NCBI RefSeq assembly: GCF_032191835.1
Contig: NC_083223.1
Location: 46,438,001 to 46,502,000 of the forward strand
DNA: 64,000 bases
Source of the DNA: Heteronotia binoei
Lineage: Eukaryota
Reading direction: 5' to 3'
Below, in pieces: positions 24,445 through 34,814 of the stretch (its first letter is position 1; each line of letters starts with the position of its first letter). The translations under genes were made by a program, and so were the position numbers. The notes under the pieces were generated by a model, which saw only the letters and a list, made by a program, of their open reading frames with translations, was not told the DNA's origin and searched no databases.

Positions 24445-24767
24445 TTTTTCACCATACTAATTATTTTTGCAGGCTGTTGAAAACTAAGGTCCATCCTTGT
24501 AAAGTTTAAACCAAGAATCCCTGATAAATCGAAGCCATTTTTAAAGAATCTGTTCATTCCATTCTACAGTTGATAAGAAAACCCTGCGTAGATTTATATT
24601 TGCTCTGCTTTCTAATTTATGAGACTGTGATGGTAGAGACTCTTGGAGGTGTTTTCATGCTAGCAGAAGTGCCTTCATTGCTTTTGATCTGAACTGAGCA
24701 TCATCCATCAGTGAGCAACATTTGCCATTTGCTATGGAGTGAGGTACTGCTCCACAGCAAATGGGGA

Positions 24768-24945
24768 GGCAGTGATGAGCAGAGGTTTGGATGTCAGATA
24801 AGGAAACTCAGTTGTGAGTTTGGACAATCATTCCCCCAGCACAAACCTAGCTTCTTAGGGTTGCTATAATGAGAAAATGGAGCAGGGAAGAATCACATGT
24901 GCTTCCATGAGTTGCTTAAAAGAAGGGCAGTATAAAATGTAATAG
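24768..24945 (+). mobile_element. Old MIR-like SINE
   Basis: Decayed tRNA head, core-like TAGGGTTGCTATAATGAGAAAATGG, 3' GGGCAGTATAAAATG. Confidence 0.45.
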
Positions 24946-25154
24946 CTAGAAATATTCTGGAAGCAAAGAAACAGCTGGGGAAACTGAATCTACTCCACCA
25001 AGCTGTTCAAAAAGAACAGGAACAAGACTGTGGTCACTGCCAAGGATTTTGTCCATTGCTGTGTAAGGAAAGGATTACCCAGGCCGAAATGAGTACATAA
25101 TCCTGGGTACTGGGTGTAGGCGTTTTATCCTGCAGAACAGGAATTTATATTTAT

Positions 25155-25382
25155 TGTAGATATTTATATCCTGCTTTTCACCCCAGTGTGGATCCAAAGT
25201 TCCAGGGGGTATTGTTCTCTTCACTTTCATTTTATCCTCACAGCAACACTGGGTGAAAGGTAAGGGTAAGAGGCCACGACAGGTCCAAGATCTCCCAGCG
25301 AGCTTCCATTCAAGAGTGGGAATTCAAGCCTGGGTCTCCCAGATCCTAATCCATCACTCTGATCACTACACCATGCTGGCTC
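25155..25382 (-). mobile_element. MIR-like SINE
   Basis: Reverse strand AGAGCCAGCATGGTGTAGTG head and TGTGAGGATAAAATG core. Confidence 0.65.
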
Positions 25383-26061
25383 TTGTGTACATGGAATTCA
25401 GTCCGGCAAGTGTATTCAAGCCTACAAGCCTTTTCCACTCACACACACATTGCTCTTGAAAAGGTTATGGGTGTCTGAATTGCTGTTGTATGGCACAAGG
25501 CAAGTTCATGACTTAAACCACTGTGGGGTTTTTTCTCCTTGTTGTTTGACATTTATGTATTTATGTATTCAACCCCCTAATTTCCACTGAAAAAAAGGCT
25601 AAGAGGACATTGACACATCAGGGTTCCAAAACAAAAACCGTGTAACAATGCACCCACGCACCCATAATGTTCTTTGCACAGGGAGTTTCTTTTTCCCTTT
25701 CTTATTAACAGTCTTAATGGGGGGGGGGGGGATCAAAAACTGGAAAAGAAATGTCTAAGTCACAAACTACTAGTTAATTACTGTCAGTTGTGGGATGCTC
25801 TGAACAAAATAATTAATTATGCCATGAGACCTATAAATAATTCCATAAATCAAGCAAAACAGCATGTAACATATGCTTGATATATCTTAAAATATTCCTG
25901 TATCTGAGTCATGCCATCAAATGAACAATATATTCTGGAGCTGTGAACAGTTTTTATTTATTTACAAAAATACATGGACTAGGTAGAGAAAATGATACAT
26001 GAAAGCAATTTGATGAAATGATTGGTATTTTTTCCCCCCAGAAAGAAATCTGCAAATGTTT

Positions 26062-26162
26062 GGGTACATTCACACACACTAAATAATGCACTTTGCAACT
26101 GGATTTTCACTGTGTAAGAATAGCAAAATCCACTTGTAAACAGTCACCATGTGAAGGCACCC
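26062..26162. mobile_element. Short Harbinger-like MITE
   Basis: GGGTACATTCACAC...GTGAAGGCACCC flanked by TTT/TTT; same family as 41151. Confidence 0.6.
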
Positions 26163-28935
26163 TTTGTTTCCTCCTTTCTAAGTGTGGGACAATCTGCTTC
26201 GTCAAGATAGATATTTCATATATTTTCCTTGGAGTATTCTCCCTTAGAAAATGTGAGGTGTCAGGATGAATTTCCCAATGCGGTCTGAATGGATATTGGA
26301 GAAGTTGTTCACAGCCATGTCATTCCAAAAATATAACCCCAAAAGATAAAGACACAATTCATATTACGCCTTTATTACCCAACAGCACATAATCTAATGG
26401 CAATAATAATGTGCAAGCTTTTGACCCCTCCTAAACTCTTCAACAGGTCAAATTTTACAAAATACAAAGAGGTAAAAAGCAAATTTTAAAATATTTTTTC
26501 ATTTCAAACATTGAGGTTTTACCTTGTTATGACCTCTTCATGCCAGTTTATGCCATATTTCCCGACAAGCAAAGAAGAGGCCTGTTTCAGGCTGCTGCAG
26601 GCCAAGGACATAAAAGCAAGAGGTAATAAAACATAAATTCCATAAAAACAATCCCCCACACACACATACAATTTCTAATCTACCCTTAACAATTAAGACC
26701 TGTTCAGAAGGAAAAGTAACAAAAATCACTAGAGAGTAATTGTGTTCAGAAGATGAATTTATGATGTTGTAAAATATATCGACAGGTTCACATCAAGTAG
26801 CCAATACCTCATGTTTCATGTTCATGGTCATACACTCTGGCTAATTCCATTAGTCTCCAGATGGCATGTGTTTTTGGCTTCATGGATATTGCCAGACAAT
26901 CTACCCTTATACAAAATGTTTAATTCGTAGTACCATCGATTGACGTAGAGAAACTACAATAACAAGATATATCACATACACAAACCATAACCATCACTGA
27001 ATGTTCTTTTTCATTGATTACTTGGGTTTGTTTATGTGAATCTATGTTATGTATTAAACATTTTGAATAATTGTAGATTCTCCAGTGCACATGTTATAAG
27101 GCTATCTACTGTATTGGTTTAGGACCTTCTTGTTGTTGCTGCTGTTACACAAGCTTCTTCCTTTTCTTTTTTTGTGAGGGATACTTGGAGATCCATTTGG
27201 AAGTTATACCTTCTTGGGAAGCTTTGACTAGCCAGTATTCCCTGTTGATCATGCATCTAATTTTCAAAGTAGGAAACGTGTGTTTTCTTTGCAGTGGACT
27301 GCATGAGCTGTATTTGTATCTGAATTTCACACTTCCAACGAGGGAGAGAAAAGAGCTCCAATTTGGATGCTACAAGACAGGAAGAAGAACATGAACTTTC
27401 ATAATTCACAAAAGATGAGGTAAAATAAATTGTACTTTAAAAAAATTTTCTCTCCTGAAACCTCTAATCTTTTGTGACAATACACCATTTTCCTTTGTAC
27501 TCTCAAAATAGTTGTAAACACTGAGGACTGCCAGCTACTAGAAAGTGCAAATTTGGTAAGGGTTAACACCCAGTCTACGGTCCGTCCACCAGGCATTCCC
27601 TACAAACAGAGGGAGTTGCCACTAAAATCCTTCATAATTCACTCTGTATGAGGCAATAGAGGCTGTCCATTTTCACTCAAAATCATCTGAGTTATTCTGA
27701 TCACATGAGAGACAGTAAACGAGGAATATATAATGAATTAAAAACTGGGGTCTTTCTTGATTTCTTTGTTATAAGGGGGAGGGGGACTACCCTCATCCAT
27801 AAATCAGAAGAAGGGAAATCAGATTCTGCTGCTAAGAAACTGAGCATTTGGCAGTTCAGAATGCATTACCAGTACTGATAGAAGAATTAATGGCTGACCT
27901 AGATTGTTTTGCTTTTTCTGTGTTCCTGGTTCTGTATAGTTTGTTTCTGTATCCTAAATTACTCCTTATCTTCAATCACTACTGATAAGCATCATCTTAT
28001 TTGTTCTTGTTCTGGTATGACAGAGTGCTGGAAGAGCTGATGAGTTCTATGTAAAGGAAGTTCATAGATCAGCACAATTTATAATGCATCTGATTGCTAA
28101 ATAAAACACCTGGTTTTATGGCCAGTCTAGAACTGCAGAAGGGGATGGGGCATTCTGATGGGTTGCATTACCTTAGAGTCTGGGCTAAACTAGTTACATT
28201 TTGTTCCTTTTCATGCCTTGTGGGCTAATCCATTTTGTTAGCCAAATTGCCCTCTTAAGAGATATGGGGGAATTTATCTATGTGGGCAAAGATGGCAAAT
28301 GAGTGGGGTCAATAATCTGTGTATACAGGAGGCAGTTCACCCAGGAATCCTTCTAAATAACAAGGAGATTTCCCTGATACACTAAATGAGAAAATATTGC
28401 AAGCATACAAAAATAGTAATTCACTCTAACAATCACTCAGTCCTAGGAAAAACAGCAAGAAAATGGGATAGACAGAGAAATACAGACAAGGAAATACAAA
28501 TAACACAGGGACAAATAACACAGACAAGGAAATACAGTACCTTTTGAAATATCCAGGAACACCAGCCAAAAGCAAAGATGATGAGGGGTAGGGGGAGCAA
28601 GAAACAACCAGTGTAAATCGCTAATAAAAGGGCCCAATACTGATCAGGTATATGGGGGTGGCTTAAGCGGCAAGGGTAGGGGGTACCACAAGAGACACAC
28701 CTGACCGGCCCAAACCTGGCTTTAATATAGCCAGATTTGTGTCCAGGGGTGATATCAAGTGATTTCTGACCTCATTCCCAGAGATGACTCTCAAGAAAAT
28801 AAACAAAAGGATTAATGGGCACTGATAGTTTTACCCAGGGCTTTTTTTGTAGAAAAAGCCCAGCAGGAACTTATTAGTATGTGAGGCCACACCTCTGACA
28901 TCACCATCATTTGCATACTGGGCCACACCTCTGAC

Positions 28936-29100
28936 NNNNNNNNNNNNNNNNNNNNNNNNNNNNNNNNNNNNNNNNNNNNNNNNNNNNNNNNNNNNNNNNN
29001 NNNNNNNNNNNNNNNNNNNNNNNNNNNNNNNNNNNNNNNNNNNNNNNNNNNNNNNNNNNNNNNNNNNNNNNNNNNNNNNNNNNNNNNNNNNNNNNNNNNN
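28936..29100. other. Assembly gap (165 N)
   Basis: Run of n. Confidence 1.
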
Positions 29101-29459
29101 NATGGGAGAACTGTTACTTTTGGAGGGAACTGTTACTTTTGGAGGGAAGCTGAACAAGCCAAAGCTTGTACTCCACACCAGGGTTCCAGAGAAGGCCTAA
29201 GCGTGCCCAATCAGGGGAAGGATTGAAACATAAGTAGCCAATTAACATCTAGGCTCATACTGTACCCTGATAGGCCCTTAGGCCCCTGTAAATAGCCAAT
29301 CCATGTACATAGTTAAGGACCAATCAGAAGGGGGCAAGAATTGTATAAAGGAGCGGGAGGTTTGAATAGAGCTCAGTCTGTGTTGTGTTCCTGAAGTAAA
29401 GCTTGCTGAAATCACTCTCCGACTCTGGTCTCTTACTGCGTCGACCCCAGTACTTTACA
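29101..29459 (+). mobile_element. 5' LTR of a Gypsy-type element (start hidden in gap)
   Basis: Several CCAAT boxes, TATAAA near 29344, AGTAAA near 29396, ends ...ACTTTACA; rejoins the PBS at 32598 once the L2 is removed. Confidence 0.75.
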
Positions 29460-32375
29460 CAGATACACAAGAGAAGGAGACAGAGACAAAACGGTGCTCG
29501 GCCACCTTCTAGTCTACTTCCCATCCCAACGGTGGTAGGTAGTGGGACCAAGAGGAAATGCCCGTCTCCGTCACTGGTGTTATGCAACGCCAGGTCTATT
29601 AACAACAAGACCTCGACCCTCAAGGAGTTTCTACTCCAACAGGATGTGGACCTGGCTTGCGTGACCGAGACCTGGGTGCGGGACGGAGAGACAGTAGCTC
29701 TCTCCCAGATGACCCCCCCAGGCTACTCGGTCTTTCACCAGTCACGGAATAACGGGCGGGGGGGAGGGGTAGCGTTGTTCATACGGGAGGATTACACCTT
29801 TCGGGCTCTCCCGGCTCCAAGGATCGATGGCATTGAATGTGCCGGCCTGACGTGGGATGTTGGAGAGGGGTTGGCGATCTGGCTGGTGTACCGTACGCCC
29901 AACGCACCAGCCAGCGCCTTACCATCACTATTGGAGGCAGTGGCGGGCTGGGCATTGGAGTTCCCGGGGCTTATGGTCCTGGGTGACTTCAATGTCCATG
30001 CCGATGACACGGCCTCCACTCAGGCGATGGACCTAGTGTCTTCCATGGCGACACTGGGGCTCTCTCAATTTGTCACAACTCCCACGCATCAGGCCGGGCA
30101 CACATTAGACCTGATCTTTGCATCCGGGATTTTGGTGAACGATATCGCGGCTGAAGCGGTTCCATGGTCGGACCACCTAGCCCTTAAGGCCCGTATGGAG
30201 ACGTTGCCCCAACCCTGTATGGGCGGAGAGCCTATTTTGGCTCGCCCCCGGGGCTTGATGGACCCGGAACGGTTCCAAACAGCCCTGAGGGATCCCTGGC
30301 CCACTGGCAATTCTCTCGATGACCTGGTGGAAGTCTGGCAGGGCCAGCTATCCAGGGCTATCGATGAAATTGCACCTCGGCGCCCTCTGCGCCCTCGCAA
30401 GAGGCTGGCACCATGGTATACCTTGGAGTTACGCCAGCTGAAACAAGGGCTCAGACGACTAGAGAGACGGTGGAGGCATACTCGGGACGAAGCGACGAGA
30501 ACATCCTATAGAACGCTTATGAGGTCTTATGAGATGGCAGTCAAGGCTGCAAAGAAAGAATACTTCGCAGCCAAGATTGCATCTGCAAAATCGCGCCCAG
30601 CACAATTGTTTAGAGTAATTGGAGATCTTATAACATTGCCACAAGGCAAACCAAATATTAGGGAATTAGAAATAGGCTGTGAGGCATTTGCGAAATATTT
30701 TGCAGATAAAATCTCATCGCTCCGCCAAGACCTGCCTATCACATTAGACACAGTAAGTGAAACTGAGGCTCCGCGCCTGTCTTCAGATTTAGTACTGGAC
30801 CACTTCGACCCACTCAGCCTGGAGGAAGTCGATGGAATTCTCTCTGCTGCTCGCCCAACAACATGTGATTTGGACCCTTGCCCCTCTTGGCTGATTAAAT
30901 CCTGCCAGAGGGAGCTTAGATGTCCTCTACGGGACATCATAAATAGATCCCTCTTAGAGGGGCATTTTCCAGCGCCTCTGAAAGAGGCCTTGGTCCGGCC
31001 CCTCTTGAAAAAACCTACAGCAGACCCGGCCGAATTGGCAAACTACCGACCGGTGTCCAATTTACCATTTTTAGGTAAAATTATCGAGAGGGCAGTGGCG
31101 TTACAGCTACAGAGATTTCTAGATGACGCTTCTGTCTTAGACCCGTGCCAGTCTGGCTTCCGACCGGGCCACGGGACGGAGACGGTCCTGGTCGCCTTGG
31201 TGGACGACCTCCAGCGGCAACTGGATCGAGGCGGTGCGGCAATACTGATGTTACTAGATCTGTCGGCTGCGTTTGATACAGTCGACCATCGGTTGCTGAT
31301 CCACCGCCTCGCCGACATAGGGGTTGAGGGGCTAGCCTTACAATGGCTTTCCTCCTTCCTCATGGGTCGGGGACAGAGGGTGGCGATTGGGGGTGAGCGA
31401 TCCCAGAGGCGCACACTAGACTGTGGGGTGCCCCAGGGAGCAGTTCTCTCCCCGATGTTATTCAACATCTATATGCGCCCCCTCGCCCAGATTGCCCGGA
31501 GATTTGGGCTGGGTTGCCATCAATACGCAGATGACACCCAGCTCTATCTACTAATGGACGGCCGGCCCGCCTCCGCCCCGGGGAACCTGGATCGGGCTTT
31601 GCGGGCTGTTGCAACGTGGCTTAGACTGAGTGGGCTGAAGTTAAATCCAGCGAAGACAGAGGTTCTCCATGTGGGTCGTGGCACTCTGGGGAAGGAAATA
31701 TCTCTCCCGGCCTTTGACGAGGCGCCGCTGAAGACGGCGCAGCGGGTAAAGAGCCTGGGCGTCTTACTGGAGCCTTCATTATCAATGGAGGCCCAGATAA
31801 CAGCCACTGCCAAATCAGCCTTCTTCCACCTGAGGCGGGCGAGGCAGCTGGCCCCTTTCCTAGAGCGTCAGGACCTAGCAATGGTGATCCACGCGACGGT
31901 CACCTCAAGATTGGACTACTGTAACGCTCTCTACATGGGGCTGCCTCTGTACCGGACCCGGGAGCTGCAGCTAGTGCAGAACGCGGCGGCCAGGCTGCTA
32001 CTTGGTCTCCCAAGATGGGAGCATATACGGCCAGGGCTGCGCGGACTGCACTGGCTGCCAATCGTATACCGGATCCAGTACAAAGTGCTGGTCATAACCT
32101 TTAAAGCCCTATATGGCCAAGGACCGACCTACCTGAGGGACCGTCTCTCCCCATATGAGCCCCAGAGAGCACTGAGGTCAGTGGGGAAAAGCAGACTGAA
32201 TATCCCTGGGCCAAAAGAAGTTAAACTTCAAAGCACCCGCACCCGGGCCTTTTCTGTTGCGGCCCCACAACTCTGGAACCAACTCCCAGAGGAGGTGCGG
32301 GCCCTGCGGAACTTAGACCAGTTCCGCAGGGCCTGCAAGACCGCCCTCTTCAAACAGGCGTTCACCAATAACTGA
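29403..32375 (+). CDS. L2 ORF2 (AP endonuclease + reverse transcriptase), 990 codons without a stop; the first about 20 codons are LTR-derived
   Basis: LCNARSINNK, CVTETW, GGGVALF, VLGDFNVH, GHTLDL, WSDH (APE); YRPVSNL, QSGFR, GVPQG, YADD (RT). Track start is TTG, not ATG. Confidence 0.85.
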   Translation: MLKSLSDSGLLLRRPQYFTQIHKRRRQRQNGARPPSSLLPIPTVVGSGTKRKCPSPSLVLCNARSINNKTSTLKEFLLQQDVDLACVTETWVRDGETVALSQMTPPGYSVFHQSRNNGRGGGVALFIREDYTFRALPAPRIDGIECAGLTWDVGEGLAIWLVYRTPNAPASALPSLLEAVAGWALEFPGLMVLGDFNVHADDTASTQAMDLVSSMATLGLSQFVTTPTHQAGHTLDLIFASGILVNDIAAEAVPWSDHLALKARMETLPQPCMGGEPILARPRGLMDPERFQTALRDPWPTGNSLDDLVEVWQGQLSRAIDEIAPRRPLRPRKRLAPWYTLELRQLKQGLRRLERRWRHTRDEATRTSYRTLMRSYEMAVKAAKKEYFAAKIASAKSRPAQLFRVIGDLITLPQGKPNIRELEIGCEAFAKYFADKISSLRQDLPITLDTVSETEAPRLSSDLVLDHFDPLSLEEVDGILSAARPTTCDLDPCPSWLIKSCQRELRCPLRDIINRSLLEGHFPAPLKEALVRPLLKKPTADPAELANYRPVSNLPFLGKIIERAVALQLQRFLDDASVLDPCQSGFRPGHGTETVLVALVDDLQRQLDRGGAAILMLLDLSAAFDTVDHRLLIHRLADIGVEGLALQWLSSFLMGRGQRVAIGGERSQRRTLDCGVPQGAVLSPMLFNIYMRPLAQIARRFGLGCHQYADDTQLYLLMDGRPASAPGNLDRALRAVATWLRLSGLKLNPAKTEVLHVGRGTLGKEISLPAFDEAPLKTAQRVKSLGVLLEPSLSMEAQITATAKSAFFHLRRARQLAPFLERQDLAMVIHATVTSRLDYCNALYMGLPLYRTRELQLVQNAAARLLLGLPRWEHIRPGLRGLHWLPIVYRIQYKVLVITFKALYGQGPTYLRDRLSPYEPQRALRSVGKSRLNIPGPKEVKLQSTRTRAFSVAAPQLWNQLPEEVRALRNLDQFRRACKTALFKQAFTNN

Positions 32376-32597
32376 ATTAATGTTTACCGCCAGATTAGTA
32401 ACGTTTACCGCCAATGTTGACTTAGGAATGTTTTAATTAATTATTGATTATTGACTGATTTTAATGTGAATTTTAATGTGAATTTAATGTTTTTATTACT
32501 ATTGTTTACCTGAAATGCTGTTAGCCGCCCTGAGCCTGCTTCGGCGGGGAGGGCGGGATATAAATAAAATTTTACATTACATTACATTACATTACAC
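29461..32597 (+). mobile_element. L2 LINE with complete ORF2, no ORF1 or 5' UTR
   Basis: APE and RT domains, 3' stem-loop CCGCCCTGAGCC...GGGAGGGCGG, (ATTAC)n tail; TTACAC at both junctions. Confidence 0.93.
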
Positions 32598-32615
32598 TGG
32601 CGACGAGGATGGGAT
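32598..32615 (+). promoter_or_regulatory. Primer-binding site complementary to tRNA-Ser(GCU) 3' end
   Basis: TGGCGACGAGGATGGGAT is the reverse complement of ATCCCATCCTCGTCGCCA (recalled tRNA-Ser GCU end). Confidence 0.8.
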
Positions 32616-32719
32616 GCCAGTAAGAACCAGCAACAGAACCAGGAACACGGAAAGGTGGCTAAATCCAAGCCATCTGGGTCCGCACCTCCGCTCTGCGCAC
32701 ACCCCATCTCGCAAGCCGC

Positions 32720-34560
32720 CCGGAAAGACGAACTATCCACCCACAAAGGCTGCCTACTATGGGGCAACAGAGTCGTCATCCCCAAACCCTTGCAAGACCA
32801 AGTGCTTAGAGCCCTGCATGAGGCACACCCGGGCATAGTCCGCATGAAGGCTCTCGCACGGAGCTATGTCTGGTGGCCCGGCCTCGATGCAGAAATTGAG
32901 GCTTGGGTTAAAAGGTGCCCAACATGCCAGGTGTCAAGGCCTGACCCCCCACGTGGCCCAGTGCAACCATGGGAATCCACCAAAACCCCCTGGTCAAGAC
33001 TGCATATGGACTTTGCTGGCCCCTTCCATGGGCGGACTCTACTCATACTAGTGGATTCATACTCCAAGTGGTTGGAGGTGGTCCAGGTGCCCTCGCCATC
33101 ATCGCAGGTGACCATCACGGCTCTGAGGGCCATCTTTGCAACCCACGGGTTGCCGGAGACCATCGTCACCGACAACGGCACAGCATTCATGTCCACAGTG
33201 TTCCAGGACTTCTTAGCCAGGAACCTCATCAGGTACATTCGCTCTGCCCCGTTCCATCCAGCCACCAACGGCCAGGCAGAGCGGATGGTGCGCACGGCAA
33301 AGGAGGCCTTGAACCGTCTGGGCCCCTCAGACTGGCCAAAAGACTTGGCGTGTTTCCTAATGGCCTACCGGACTACACCCACCGCCTCCACAGGTCGCAG
33401 TCCAGCTGAACTCCTCATGGGCCGCCGCATCACCACCCTGCTGGACAAGCTGCACCCTGACCGAGCCCCAGACAGGCGACCGGCGCCGGAACACCTTAAA
33501 GCCCCCAGAGGGTTCTACCCAGGTGAGACAGTGTGGGCACGGAACTATGCCACCACTGGCCCCGCCTGGCTCCCTGGAAAGGTGGACCACGTCACCGGAC
33601 CGGTTGTCGTGCCTGCCCCAGACCCAGCCCTTGCTAACTCAGAGCAGGAGCCACCTGAAACTGATCAGGCCACACCGGGCCCTAGCTCAGCCCCCGCCCT
33701 TGCTAACTCAGAGCAGGAGCCACCTGAAACTGATCAGGCCACACCAGGCCCTAGCGCATCCCCTCCTGAATCACCACCTCCTGTAAGCCGGCTACGGGAG
33801 AGGAGGCGACAGGAGTTCAGAAACAGACGGAAAAATGCACGCATGCGTGGGAGGAGAGATCTCAGCCCGGAGTACTAACAAGTTAACAAGCCAGCACAGT
33901 ATATCTGTAACCCTGACCTCAAGGCAAACTGTGCTGGCAACGAATGACCCTCCTGGGACGTGACTACGCTCTGCAACCTCTTGCTTGCTGCGAGAACCCG
34001 TGTAACTCCTGACCCGGCCTGAACCTTGGACTTGAACTTCTGGACTCTGACTTTGCTTTGTGGACTGACCAAGGTAATTGGCGTTGTTTTCTCTGGCTTC
34101 CGACCCCCTGCATTCCTGTGACCAAGCTTTCTGTCTCCTCCTTCGGCCGGACTGATTTACGGTGTTGAAATAATTGGACTGTTTAACGACCACCCCTGCG
34201 CTCCTCCCCAGCCGGCTGACAGAGTTCTGGCCAGCTGCCGGACGTTGGCAGCCGTCGTTCCTTATCTGCAACCCGGGCCCTGACACCGGTCTCCTATGCA
34301 GTGACCTTGGAGGGTGGATATCTCCTGAGGCGACACATCGACCAACTCCGTGGTCGCCTGCCTGCCGGGGAGCCAAGGTCAGAGGCTCCTGCACACGCAC
34401 GGCTGGCCTCCCCAGCCCCCGTCGGACACCCGGAACTCCAGAAGCCCTCGCGCAAGTGTGACTGGCCTCCCCAGACCCCGCTGGACACCTGGAGCTCCGG
34501 AGGCCCCTGCGCACTCACAGCTAGCCTCTCCAAAGCCTGCCAGTCAGCGGGGGAAGCTGC
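32720..34560 (+). pseudogene. Gypsy integrase split by a solo LTR
   Basis: HHCC finger (LHEAHPG...CPTC), DDE core (HMDFAGP, TDNG, NGQAERMV); the C-terminus VTGP|VSYAVTLEGGYLLRRHIDQLR resumes in frame at 34291. 3' end approximate. Confidence 0.88.
33605..34285. mobile_element. Solo LTR (681 bp) of a second LTR family
   Basis: Starts TGTCGTG, ends CCTGACA; perfect 5-bp TSD CCGGT (33600-33604, 34286-34290); 69-bp internal tandem duplication 33627-33755. Confidence 0.88.
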
Positions 34561-34814
34561 CTGGGCTGAGCTGGAACGCTGGCCTAGGTAGCCGAAATGC
34601 TACCTGGGCTAGACGGAATGGCGTTCCAGTGTGCTCTGGCTCAAAAAAAGCCCTGGTTTTACCTATTGCAAACCATCATTAAACAAGGAAATATGAGTGG
34701 GGAATTTAGTACTCATTATCTATAGTGACACCAGAGCAAGCACAATGGGGACAGTCTACGTGACTGGATAAAGTCCTTGACAGTGATCATCGTCCTGGGT
34801 GTTTCCATTGTGGT

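Larger units (their letters stand above)
28836..34655 (+). mobile_element. hAT-ended composite containing Gypsy, L2 and solo-LTR sequence
   Basis: CAGGGCTTTTTT at 28836 and AAAAAAAGCCCTG ending 34655, with identical 8-bp flanks GTTTTACC (28828-28835, 34656-34663). Confidence 0.8.

Noticed and set aside
26500-26750. Possible ancient L1 remnant (also 45200-45700, 47300-48450, 61850-62250)
   Set aside because: Only faint motif resemblance; could not be supported well enough to list as features.
28831-29178. ORFs containing X runs (also 34777-35357)
   Set aside because: Artefacts of translating through N gaps.
33605-33878. Proline-rich repeat C-terminus (PALANSEQEPPETDQATPGPS x2) as a novel integrase domain
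   Set aside because: It is read-through into a solo LTR bounded by a CCGGT TSD; the true C-terminus resumes at 34291.
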